From NCBI GenBank assembly GCA_045601715.1, contig JAZSAD010000093.1, forward strand, positions 1 to 61,747: 61,747 nucleotides of DNA. Reading direction: 5' to 3'. Source of the DNA: Faecousia sp. (GTDB taxonomy: Bacteria > Bacillota > Clostridia > Oscillospirales > Oscillospiraceae). Position 1 is the first letter of the stretch. Each line of letters opens with the position of its first letter. The notes beneath the pieces were generated by a model. That model was given only the letters and a program-made list of their open reading frames with translations. It was not told the origin of the DNA and made no database searches. Shown one piece after another: positions 7,704-16,818 of the stretch. Position numbers and translations under genes: made by a program.

Positions 7704-9011
7704 TTATTCGCTCATAAAGTCGGCGATGATGTTGCGGTACAGAGCGTCGCCGATTTGCAGATAACCGGATAGGTTGAGATGAACACCGTTGCAGCCAACC
7801 AACTCTGTAACCTCGCTGCGGGTGTTGACAGGTCTGGGTTTGACGGGGAAGGCATTCTCCATATCCACCTGACCGGCAAGGTTGATGGCCTTCACGCAAT
7901 CCTTCCATTCCGCTTCCTCAGCCCAGGCGCGCTGAGCAAGCTCCAGCTCGTGCTCATACAGGAACAGGTCGTAGCAGTCGGACAGGGGAGAGCTTGCGCC
8001 ATAGCTGTGGCCGGTACCGCCGGTGACAGAGTGACCGCAGGGACTCATAATTCTCACCTGCACATGGGGGAAGGCTTCCTTAATCTTGCCAATCAGCTGC
8101 TTTGCCCGACCGAGGACAATTTGAATGTACTCAGCCCGAGGCAGGTTTCTTGCTTCCCAGCTGGCCAGACCGTTGATGGTCAGGAAAGCATATACCACAT
8201 CGATGGATTCAATGTTGTGCCGCTTAGCGTAGGTGGTGAAATCGATCACGCCGGTATCCGGATCAAAGAAAGGAGATGCACCGCAGTTAGAGCACTTTTC
8301 AAAGTAAATGGGATCCGTATTTACAGCGTTCTGATAATGCACCAGAGGCGGGGTTACGGGGATGGGGGAATCGTGATCCATATAGCGGTTGAACTTCAAA
8401 TAGTCAACCTGCAGGGTTTCCAACTGCCAAATAGCGCCATTCTCATCCTTCCACAGAGAGTGCTGATTCTCCGGGTGGATATTGTTTTGAACCTTGGCCC
8501 AGATAGCGCCGGGTTTGTTGCTGAGGAAGCTGCCCCAGTGCCAGCCGCCGTAGGCCTCGCAGCCAATCTCCGGATGCTTTGTCGGATGCACGGTGCCAAC
8601 GAAATTGACAGCATCACCAAAGCCCAAAGCCTCGGGAGCGCCACCCTCGCCGTTGATACGACGGTTAGCTTCTGCGATCCAGTGGCCGTCCTGGGTGGTG
8701 GATGCGCCGATACACAGAATGTTCAGGGGCTTTTCCGGCTTCTTGGGAACGACTACATTCAAAATGGTCTCACCGCTGCCCAGCACAGTGAAGTCTGCAT
8801 CCACAACCTGAATGGTCAGCTTATGCTGACCGGGTTCGGTGGGGGTGTACTCGTAGTAACGGGGAAAGCTTTTGCCTTCCTTGCACTTGACTACGATGGA
8901 ATATACGTAAGGGTTGGGCGCTTCAATAACACCTCTGTAAAACAGCTGGAAAGTGTCACCCACCACAAGGTCGTATTTTTCCGGTAAAATGATTCTGATA
9001 TTCTTTGCCAT
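7704..9011 (-). CDS. SGNH/GDSL-family hydrolase, paralog A
   Basis: LCIGASTT, AYGGW, LTIN and NGVHLNLSGYLQIG; N-terminus nearly identical to paralog B. Confidence 0.75.
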   Translation of the reverse strand: MAKNIRIILPEKYDLVVGDTFQLFYRGVIEAPNPYVYSIVVKCKEGKSFPRYYEYTPTEPGQHKLTIQVVDADFTVLGSGETILNVVVPKKPEKPLNILCIGASTTQDGHWIAEANRRINGEGGAPEALGFGDAVNFVGTVHPTKHPEIGCEAYGGWHWGSFLSNKPGAIWAKVQNNIHPENQHSLWKDENGAIWQLETLQVDYLKFNRYMDHDSPIPVTPPLVHYQNAVNTDPIYFEKCSNCGASPFFDPDTGVIDFTTYAKRHNIESIDVVYAFLTINGLASWEARNLPRAEYIQIVLGRAKQLIGKIKEAFPHVQVRIMSPCGHSVTGGTGHSYGASSPLSDCYDLFLYEHELELAQRAWAEEAEWKDCVKAINLAGQVDMENAFPVKPRPVNTRSEVTELVGCNGVHLNLSGYLQIGDALYRNIIADFMSE

Positions 9012-9036
9012 AGTATTTGCCTCCTAAATATTGTGT

Positions 9037-9990
9037 TTACCAAACTATTTTGTTCAATTCTTCCAGAAAGGTGGACATAGCTTTGGTGCAGAACTTATTC
9101 TTTTTATAATAAGCGTAGATATTGCGATGATTGTATCGCGTGGGAAGTACATAAAAATGAATGTTCCGTTGGCTGATCCCCCGAATATTTCGCACTAATG
9201 TGTCACTGACCAGCGAGGCTGCCAAGCCCTGCTCCACATAAGAGTAAAGAGTGGTCAGCCGGTCCATCTCAAAGAGCACCTTGGGGGAAAACCCGCATTC
9301 CTGAAAAATGGTATTGGATTGCTTGCGGGTGTCGTTATTCCGATTCATAAGGATAAAGGGCGTTTCTGTAAAATTATCCAGCGATACCGGATCCGCGCTC
9401 AGGTGTTTTCCGTTGAGAATATCCTCATAGGAGAGCCGTGTGAGCTTGCAGGCATTGTTCTCGGGGAACTGCTTGGGAACAGCCAGCAGCAGGTGCTCGG
9501 AGGTCAGATAGCTGCGGGCGTACAGTTCTTCCGGCAGAATACTGTTGTCAATCACAATGTCTAAAGCGCCGTTGCTGATTTCGTTCTCCAAAGTGGTGGA
9601 ATTGGCATCCGTAAGAGAAATATGAATTTTAGGGTGATTCTGCATAAAGCCGGAGATATACCGGGGCAGCACCACAGATGACAGAAGCTGGTTGCTGCCG
9701 ATTCGCAGAGAGCCGGCATCCAGATTGTTCAGCGCTGCTATGTACTCGCTGTAGGCGTGTTCAATTTGCTGAATCTGCTCTGCAGCCCGCACATATTCTT
9801 CGCCGGCCTCTGTGAGCCGGATAGGCTTGCTGCTGCGGTCGAACAGAGGCGCACCTAGTTCTGATTCCAGTGACTTCACTATCAAACTCAGAGATGGTTG
9901 CGCGATAAACAGCTTTTGGGCTGCCTTGGAGAAACTCTGCTCCTTGGCGATTGTACAAATCAGGTTTTTGCGATAGAAGATGTTATCCAC
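9037..9990 (-). CDS. LysR-family transcriptional regulator
   Basis: SFSKAAQKLFIAQPSLS...LESELGAPLFDR...LTEAG HTH signature. Confidence 0.93.
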   Translation of the reverse strand: MDNIFYRKNLICTIAKEQSFSKAAQKLFIAQPSLSLIVKSLESELGAPLFDRSSKPIRLTEAGEEYVRAAEQIQQIEHAYSEYIAALNNLDAGSLRIGSNQLLSSVVLPRYISGFMQNHPKIHISLTDANSTTLENEISNGALDIVIDNSILPEELYARSYLTSEHLLLAVPKQFPENNACKLTRLSYEDILNGKHLSADPVSLDNFTETPFILMNRNNDTRKQSNTIFQECGFSPKVLFEMDRLTTLYSYVEQGLAASLVSDTLVRNIRGISQRNIHFYVLPTRYNHRNIYAYYKKNKFCTKAMSTFLEELNKIVW

Positions 9991-10110
9991 GGCGATACCC
10001 CCTCTTTTTGGGAGATTGTAGCATTATAAGGGTTGAAAGTCAATGTTTTTGGGGGGGATTATAAGAATAATGGGAATGATTTTGCAACTGTTATATAAAA
10101 TGCAATATAA

Positions 10111-11412
10111 TTACAGGGTAATTGTAGCTACATGATCCTGGATGTTCAGCTTTGTGCCAAAGGGGGCAGACAGCTCAGCTAAATAATACAATACTGTATC
10201 ATCTTCTGCAATATGAGGGATGCCCATCTTGCTTCTGGGAGCGTCCATACACAGGGTAACGGGGTAGAGCTGAATCTGGGTGATTTTACCGTCCTCGGCG
10301 GTAAAGCCAGCCATTATACTGCGCCAAATATTTTCCAGTACGCAGTAGCCCTTTGTGCCGTTCTGACTGCGATTTGTCATATATTCGCCCACAAAGGTGT
10401 CGTGGGGCATATTCTTATTTTGATAGGCATCGGCAGGCTGTATGCTGACAGTTTCCGTCTGGAAAATAAAATTGCCCAAAGAGTAGAAAATGGGTTTACC
10501 CTTGTAGATTTCGATACCCTGCAGCTCATGAGGTCCGTGACCCAAGATTGCATCTGCGCCGGCATCAATGCAGGCCTTACAATAGGTTTGCATAAACTCG
10601 GCGGGATTGACAGTGTCTCTGCCTGCAAATTTGTGGGAATGAACACTGACCAGTACATAATCTGCCTGCCGACGGGCTTCCTGAATGTTGGCGATCATCC
10701 GCTCCAAATCCTTTTTCAGAGGGGCGGTATGCTGCTGGGTTTTGGTATCCAGCTTGAAGCCCAGAGAACCCATGGTCAGCTCGCCTTCAGGCAGGGGATT
10801 GGAATAGCCGTTGGCGATGGAATAATTCTTGGCGGCATTCATATCGGTCTTTTCCACCACTTCCTTCAGCACATCAAAGTACTTCTGCTCCACGTGGTAG
10901 GTAGTCTTGACACGAAGAGGGTTCAGACCGGGACGACCGATCATATCCACACTCTGATCGCCGGCGATGGCGGCATAGGTGTTTTCACATACGCTGGCGG
11001 CAATCAGCGCCACACGAGCATTGGGCGTTTCTAAGTAGGCAGGAGCAGCGGCTTCCCGCAGAGTTGCGCCGGTACCGGCAAAAACCATATTCCGTTCCCG
11101 GAGATACTTGCAGGTAGCCAGTACACCGCCGCAGCTGTAATCGCCGGAGTGATTGTTGGCGGTGTTGTACAGGTTAAAGCCGTATTTCTTCAGGTCGTCC
11201 AGAATTTCCGGCTCAGCCATCGCCCAAGTGCCGCCGGAAACCACAGCAGGATATCCCTCCTGATTGTGGATGGTGATTTCCAGATTGTTGAATTTTACAT
11301 CGTGCTTGTTGATAATTTCCTGGATTTCAGTGAAACCGGGATAGCCGCCCTCGGGAAGCCGACGGGTCATAAAAGCGTCGCCGGTAGCAATAAAGGTTGT
11401 TTTCTCAGCCAT
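10111..11412 (-). CDS. CapA/YwtB-family metallophosphoesterase-like protein
   Basis: GD, NLE, TANNHSGD, VSVHSH, GHGPH and YSLGNF motifs; no signal peptide. Confidence 0.88.
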   Translation of the reverse strand: MAEKTTFIATGDAFMTRRLPEGGYPGFTEIQEIINKHDVKFNNLEITIHNQEGYPAVVSGGTWAMAEPEILDDLKKYGFNLYNTANNHSGDYSCGGVLATCKYLRERNMVFAGTGATLREAAAPAYLETPNARVALIAASVCENTYAAIAGDQSVDMIGRPGLNPLRVKTTYHVEQKYFDVLKEVVEKTDMNAAKNYSIANGYSNPLPEGELTMGSLGFKLDTKTQQHTAPLKKDLERMIANIQEARRQADYVLVSVHSHKFAGRDTVNPAEFMQTYCKACIDAGADAILGHGPHELQGIEIYKGKPIFYSLGNFIFQTETVSIQPADAYQNKNMPHDTFVGEYMTNRSQNGTKGYCVLENIWRSIMAGFTAEDGKITQIQLYPVTLCMDAPRSKMGIPHIAEDDTVLYYLAELSAPFGTKLNIQDHVATITL

Positions 11413-11424
11413 CTGTTTCTCTCC

Positions 11425-12573
11425 TTACATATGGTAAAGAATCATCTCAAAGGCAAGCTTTATGCCGGGCACCTGACTGTCAATTTCAATGTATTCCTCC
11501 CGTGTATGGGCGCCTTTACCCCGTCCGCAGGAGACCTCCACAGCAGGTATGCCCATAGACAGGGGGATGTTGCAGTCGGTGGAGGCAGAGCCGCAGACAG
11601 GAGTGAAACCAAAATACTTCTTCACAGTAGCTTGCGTCCGGGCGATCAGCGCATCGTGACGGGTTTTATCTACCTCGATACCGCAGGGACGGTTGCCAAC
11701 TACGGTAGTGGTGATCTTGATGCCTTTCGTGGCATAGAAAGCCAGCGCAGCATTTAAGTGCTGTTCCATCTCTGCCAGATCCTCCCGGTTGTCAGAGCGG
11801 AACTCATAGAGCATTTCCGCGTGCTGGGCGATGGTGTTGACGGAAGTGCCGCCGGAGATGATACCCACATTGTAGGTGGTCTTGCCCCGGTTGGGAACTT
11901 TAATGGTGTAGAGGGTATCAATCAAAGATGCCAGATAGGCGATGGCGTTCCGGTTGCCAAACATACTGTAGGAATGGCCACCCTCCGTGTCGATTTCGAT
12001 CTTATAGCGCTTAGAGCCCACAGCGGTAGTGCAAATTTTTCCACCATCAATGCTGCCAAAGGGACCATCAAAGGTGACAAATTCCGTCACCCGATCGCCA
12101 TATTCTTCAAAAATCTTTTTACAGCCCTTCAGATTGCCCAAACCTTCTTCGCCGGAGTTGGCAACCAGCAGCATACCGCCCTCCTTGGGGGTCAGCTTGT
12201 TTTTAGCAATGTACTTAGCAGTCATCAGCAGCGCTACCAGATGAATGGTGTCGTCGCCGATGCCGGGACAGTACAGCCTGCCATCCTCAATGCGCATAGG
12301 CAGCTCTTCCATGTCGGGGAACACCACATCAGTGTGCGCCATAAAGATTACCAGCGGACCGTTATCCACATTACCCACAGGGTATACCACATTCAGCGCC
12401 TCGTCTATGTATACGCCCTCAGCGCCCTGCTTGTCCAGCCAGTCCTTGCAGAATGCTGCTCGCTTCTCCTCGAAATTGGAGGGAGCAGGAATCTTGCCCA
12501 GTTCCATCAGCAAATCAAGGGCTTCCTGTTTGCTGGCTTCAATTTTGTTCAAAATACCTGCGTTCAGTTCCAT
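11425..12573 (-). CDS. M20/M25/M40-family metallo-hydrolase
   Basis: AHTD, GDD, GEEGLG, GGHS and HTREE motifs; start at ATG 12573 after AAAGGA. Confidence 0.88.
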   Translation of the reverse strand: MELNAGILNKIEASKQEALDLLMELGKIPAPSNFEEKRAAFCKDWLDKQGAEGVYIDEALNVVYPVGNVDNGPLVIFMAHTDVVFPDMEELPMRIEDGRLYCPGIGDDTIHLVALLMTAKYIAKNKLTPKEGGMLLVANSGEEGLGNLKGCKKIFEEYGDRVTEFVTFDGPFGSIDGGKICTTAVGSKRYKIEIDTEGGHSYSMFGNRNAIAYLASLIDTLYTIKVPNRGKTTYNVGIISGGTSVNTIAQHAEMLYEFRSDNREDLAEMEQHLNAALAFYATKGIKITTTVVGNRPCGIEVDKTRHDALIARTQATVKKYFGFTPVCGSASTDCNIPLSMGIPAVEVSCGRGKGAHTREEYIEIDSQVPGIKLAFEMILYHM

Positions 12574-12610
12574 AACGAGAATCCTTTCTCTTATATAAAT
12601 GTATATCCAT

Positions 12611-12639
12611 AGTTTACCACCGGGCAGAGGTAAATGCAA
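12611..12639 (-). promoter_or_regulatory. sigma-A promoter of M20-CapA operon
   Basis: TTGCAT-17-TAAACT with extended TG on the minus strand. Confidence 0.6.
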
Positions 12640-12727
12640 GGAAAAATGCGGAATTTACTGCACAAAAGAGAAATCTGTGTTATACTATAAAAAATATCTG
12701 CAATCAGGAAAGGAAATGGGTGATTCT

Positions 12728-13906
12728 ATGCAATATCGTAAGGACAAATATGGTAACGAAATTTCAGCTTTGGGCTTCGGCTGTATGCGTTTCCGGCGCA
12801 GCGGCGGCAGCATCGATATGGCGGAGGCGGAACGGGAGCTGATGGCGGCAATTAACGCCGGTGTCAACTACTTCGACACCGCCTACATATACCCCGGCAG
12901 CGAAGCGGCAATCGGTGAGATTTTTGCGAAAAATAATGTCCGTGAGAAAATTTATATCGCAACCAAGCTGCCCCATTACCTCATCAAATCCCGGGAGGGT
13001 ATGGAGCGACTGTTTAAGGAACACTTAAAGCGGCTGAAAACCGACTATATCGACTACTACCTGATGCATATGCTCACCGATGTGCAGACCTGGGAAAAAC
13101 TGAAAAAGCTGGGGATTCTGGAGTTTCTGGAAGAGAAAAAGCGGTCCGGCGCGATCCGCCAAATCGGATTTTCCTACCACGGCAACACGGATATGTTCTG
13201 CAAGCTGGTGGACGCCTACGACTGGGACTTCTGCCAGATTCAGTATAACTATATGGACGAGCATTCCCAGGCCGGACGCAGAGGCTTGCAGTATGCCCAC
13301 GAAAAGGGTCTGCCGGTAGTTATTATGGAGCCCCTCCGGGGCGGCAAACTGGTAAACCATCTTCCCCAAAAGGCGTTGGATATATTTGCAGATTATCCCG
13401 TGAAACGCACCCCCGCCCAGTGGGCATTCCGCTGGCTGTGGGATCAGAAAGAGGTCACCTGCGTTCTGTCCGGTATGAATTCTATGGAAATGCTTTCCGA
13501 TAACGTAAAAACCGCATCGGAAACCCAAATCGGGGAACTGGGCGAGCCGGAACAGCAGATGCTCCAGCAGGTGGTTGCGGCGATCAATGCGGGTATGAAG
13601 GTTGGCTGTACCGGCTGCGGCTACTGTATGCCTTGCCCCAAGGGCGTGGATATTCCCGGTGCATTTGCTTCCTATAACCGGCTGGCTTCCGAGGGAAAAT
13701 TTGCCGGTTTGAAGGAACACTTTATGTGCAGCGCCGCCCGACAGGATTCTACCGCTGCCTATAACTGTATTGGCTGCGGAAAATGCGAAAAGCATTGTCC
13801 CCAGGGGATTCAAATCCGTCAGGAATTGAAAAATGTGCAGAAGTCCCTGGAAGGTCCTGTTTACAGGATTGCCCGCAAGGTCGTGGAAATACTGAAACTG
13901 TATTAA
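12728..13906 (+). CDS. Aldo/keto reductase with C-terminal 4Fe-4S dicluster
   Basis: GFGCMR, YFDTAYIY, IATKL, CTGCGYCMPCP and CIGCGKCEKHCPQ. Confidence 0.92.
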   Translation: MQYRKDKYGNEISALGFGCMRFRRSGGSIDMAEAERELMAAINAGVNYFDTAYIYPGSEAAIGEIFAKNNVREKIYIATKLPHYLIKSREGMERLFKEHLKRLKTDYIDYYLMHMLTDVQTWEKLKKLGILEFLEEKKRSGAIRQIGFSYHGNTDMFCKLVDAYDWDFCQIQYNYMDEHSQAGRRGLQYAHEKGLPVVIMEPLRGGKLVNHLPQKALDIFADYPVKRTPAQWAFRWLWDQKEVTCVLSGMNSMEMLSDNVKTASETQIGELGEPEQQMLQQVVAAINAGMKVGCTGCGYCMPCPKGVDIPGAFASYNRLASEGKFAGLKEHFMCSAARQDSTAAYNCIGCGKCEKHCPQGIQIRQELKNVQKSLEGPVYRIARKVVEILKLY

Positions 13907-13933
13907 AAAATGGAGGCGTATGCCTCCATTTTT
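13906..13933. terminator. Bidirectional terminator
   Basis: AAAAATGGAGGC-GTAT-GCCTCCATTTTT. Confidence 0.75.
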
Positions 13934-15141
13934 CAACTGCGTCTATATTGGCTGGGAGAAACCCCCTGAAACCGCAGAAACTGCTTGGCAAAGTAGCTGG
14001 TGTTGTTGTATCCCACAGCAGAGGCAATCTGTTGAATTTGCAGATTGGTGTGCTTTAACAGGGTAGCAGCCTGCTCTGTGCGCTCCTTATTGACAAAATC
14101 AATGAAGTTTATACCCATTTCTCGGTGGAACAGGGTGGACAGATAGTTGGCGTTTACAGTGAGCGCCTTGGCGGTGTCCTTTACTGTAAGGTTGTCTGCT
14201 AAATGCTCCTTGATATAGGTCACCGCCAAATTTGTCAGAGGTTTTAAGTTTGGGTAGGCGTGTTCCTGTACCAGTCGGCAATATCTGCGAATAATCTGCG
14301 AAAAAAACCGGGACGCCTCCTTTGTGCTTTTTAGCTGCTCAATCTCCAAACCGATTTCGTTGGAAAGTCTGTCTACCCGATAGGGGTGAATGCCGGATTC
14401 TTCCAATGCGTGACGTAGCTGGGTGTTCAGCACAATACAGTAGTTCTGGGTGTTTCGCAACGGATTGGTGTTGCGGATGTCAGTTTGTTCCCCGGGGGAG
14501 TACTGCCCGATCATATGCAAAGCCAGGGAGAGATTACCCTGCCTGATGGCATCGGTGAGGGCGGCGCTGTGCTCGTAACGCATTTCCACCTGCCGCATTT
14601 TCATAATATTTTCGCCGGCGGGAATGGCTTGATGCAGCAGAAGCTTTTCAGGGTGGGGGGGCGCTTCCTGGACAATATTGAGTGGCTTTTTCTGTCCGGT
14701 CAGGTGGCGGACAATCAAGTCACCCATTCGGTAGAGCGTGTGTTCGGACATCACAGAAAGACCGTTGCAAAATTGCAGAACAGGGGACAACGCCTGCATG
14801 GGAATTCCGTACCGTTCCATTGTGCTTTTTAAATCATCCCGGGAGAAAGGCTGCGTCAGAACCGGACCTAAAATATAGACAGCTTTCGCCTGCTTATCGA
14901 CGTATAATAAAAATGTAATACAGTCTAAAATCAAATGCTCGCAAAGGGCGTTTTCTTCCGGTTTCGGCTGGAAAAACTGCCGGAAAAGATGCTTGTCCTG
15001 CTGCGCGATTGTGTCCAGTGTGTGTTTGGTGCTGCCTCTGAAAAAGGCTGCAAGATCATCGCTGGTATAGGGAATACAGGAAAGGGATACGCCTGTCGTA
15101 CAGTCCAGCAGATGCTGGAGGAAGAGAATTGTTTTCTCCAA
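13933..15141 (-). CDS. AraC-family transcriptional regulator
   Basis: C-terminal double HTH (YLSTLFHREMG...IASAVGYNNTSYFAKQF...SPSQYR); divergent from the MFS-GH2 genes. Confidence 0.9.
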   Translation of the reverse strand: MEKTILFLQHLLDCTTGVSLSCIPYTSDDLAAFFRGSTKHTLDTIAQQDKHLFRQFFQPKPEENALCEHLILDCITFLLYVDKQAKAVYILGPVLTQPFSRDDLKSTMERYGIPMQALSPVLQFCNGLSVMSEHTLYRMGDLIVRHLTGQKKPLNIVQEAPPHPEKLLLHQAIPAGENIMKMRQVEMRYEHSAALTDAIRQGNLSLALHMIGQYSPGEQTDIRNTNPLRNTQNYCIVLNTQLRHALEESGIHPYRVDRLSNEIGLEIEQLKSTKEASRFFSQIIRRYCRLVQEHAYPNLKPLTNLAVTYIKEHLADNLTVKDTAKALTVNANYLSTLFHREMGINFIDFVNKERTEQAATLLKHTNLQIQQIASAVGYNNTSYFAKQFLRFQGVSPSQYRRS

Positions 15142-15284
15142 AAAGACACCCCCGATGCTTGTGTGAGATATGTATTATAATAACAGAGATATGTTGTTTT
15201 CGCAAGGGGGAATGTATGGTAAAATGTAAAAAAAGAAACTGCTGATATCAGGTTCTTTGTTAAAATTGTTGAGGAGGTTTTCTT

Positions 15285-16742
15285 GTGAAAACGACAAAAC
15301 AGCTTCGGCCCTTTGGTATTCGTGACTCCGTAGCTTACGCAGCCGGCGATCTGGGCTGTAACATGAGTTTTGCCCTGAAGGGCACTATTATGCCCCTGTT
15401 CTGGACACAAGTTATGGGTTTGAGCGCATGGTATTCTCTGTTGATTGTTATTCTGCAAGTTTGGGACGCGATCAATGACCCCCTGATCGGCTCTATTGTG
15501 GATGCTGACAGACATAAGTATAAGAGAAACAAGTTCCTGCAGTACATTTGGGTAGGCTCCATTGGCCTGATTGTAGGCGGTGCGCTTTGCTTCATTCCTG
15601 CACCCGGCGCTCCCACATGGGCAAAGATCATCATCTTTATGGCAGGCTACATTGTATGGGATGCCTTCTATACTGTTGCGAATGTTCCCTACGGCAGTTT
15701 GCTGTCTTTGATTTCCAAGGAACCTGCTGACCGGGCAAGCCTTTCCGCATGGCGCTCCATTGGCTCTATGATCGGCAATATGGTGCCTATGGTCATTCTG
15801 CCTTTCCTGATTTATAATCCCGACCAGTCCCTGAACGGACCTATGGTCTTTGTGGCTGCTTTGGTAATGGGCGGTCTGGGCTTCATCTGCTTCCAGTTTA
15901 TGATCAAGAACACCGAGATCCGTGTGGATACTGAGGTGAATCTGAATGAGGATCAGCCTAAGTTCAATGTAATCAAGGCAATGGGCAACTTCCTGAAGAA
16001 TCGTCCTGCTGTTGGCGCTACTCTGGCTGCTATGGGTATGTTCATCGGTATGCAGGGCGCAAACACTGCTGTTTCTGTTACCTTCCAGATTTATTTCAAG
16101 AACGCTCAGATCTCCGGTCTGATTACTATGTTCTCCATGATTCCTATTGTGGTATTCACTCCGCTGGCCCGTAAGATGGTTACCAAGTACGGCAAGAAGG
16201 AACTTTCTATCGTTGGTTCTATCTGTTATGTGGTTGGCGCTGCTGTTCTGTTGCTGGCGCCTTTGGGAATCATTCCCGTGGCTGAAAACAACACCGGTAT
16301 CGACCTGATTATGTACGTTGTTGCACAGCTGATTATGGCACTGGGTATGGGTATTTACTCCACCGTTTCCTGGGCTATGATGGGCGATGCCATTGACTAC
16401 AATGAGTGGAAGACCGGTTCCCGTGAAGAGGGTGTTGTTTACTCTTTGCACTCCTTCTTCCGTAAGCTGGCCCAGGGCGTTGGCCCTGCTGTGGCTTTGA
16501 CTATTATGCAGGGTATGGGTTATGTGAATAACTCCAAGCCTGACGCAAACGGTGTCTTTACTGAAATTGACGTTACCCTGTTTGATTGGGCATTTGCACT
16601 GGAGATTCGCCAGCTGGTGGCATTCCTGTTCCTGGTTGCCGGTGTGTTCCTGTTTGTAGGCTTGGGTCTGGTTTATAACCTGGACAAGAAGACTCTCGCA
16701 GTTATGAACGAGGAACTGGAAGCAAGAAGAATTGCTGAGTAA
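15285..16742 (+). CDS. MFS glycoside-pentoside-hexuronide (GPH/MelB-like) symporter
   Basis: YAAGDLG, WDAINDPLIGSIVD, NVPYGSL and DAIDYNEWKTGSREEG motifs; many TM segments. Confidence 0.92.
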   Translation: MKTTKQLRPFGIRDSVAYAAGDLGCNMSFALKGTIMPLFWTQVMGLSAWYSLLIVILQVWDAINDPLIGSIVDADRHKYKRNKFLQYIWVGSIGLIVGGALCFIPAPGAPTWAKIIIFMAGYIVWDAFYTVANVPYGSLLSLISKEPADRASLSAWRSIGSMIGNMVPMVILPFLIYNPDQSLNGPMVFVAALVMGGLGFICFQFMIKNTEIRVDTEVNLNEDQPKFNVIKAMGNFLKNRPAVGATLAAMGMFIGMQGANTAVSVTFQIYFKNAQISGLITMFSMIPIVVFTPLARKMVTKYGKKELSIVGSICYVVGAAVLLLAPLGIIPVAENNTGIDLIMYVVAQLIMALGMGIYSTVSWAMMGDAIDYNEWKTGSREEGVVYSLHSFFRKLAQGVGPAVALTIMQGMGYVNNSKPDANGVFTEIDVTLFDWAFALEIRQLVAFLFLVAGVFLFVGLGLVYNLDKKTLAVMNEELEARRIAE

Positions 16743-16750
16743 TTAAATGA

Positions 16751-16784
16751 CTGCCGCACCTGCCTCGGCAGATGCGGCAGTTTT
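16751..16784 (+). terminator. Intergenic hairpin/terminator
   Basis: CTGCCGCA...TGCGGCAG followed by TTTT. Confidence 0.55.
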
Positions 16785-16818
16785 ACGAAATTTAGATAAC
16801 ATATGGAGGTAACCTGAT

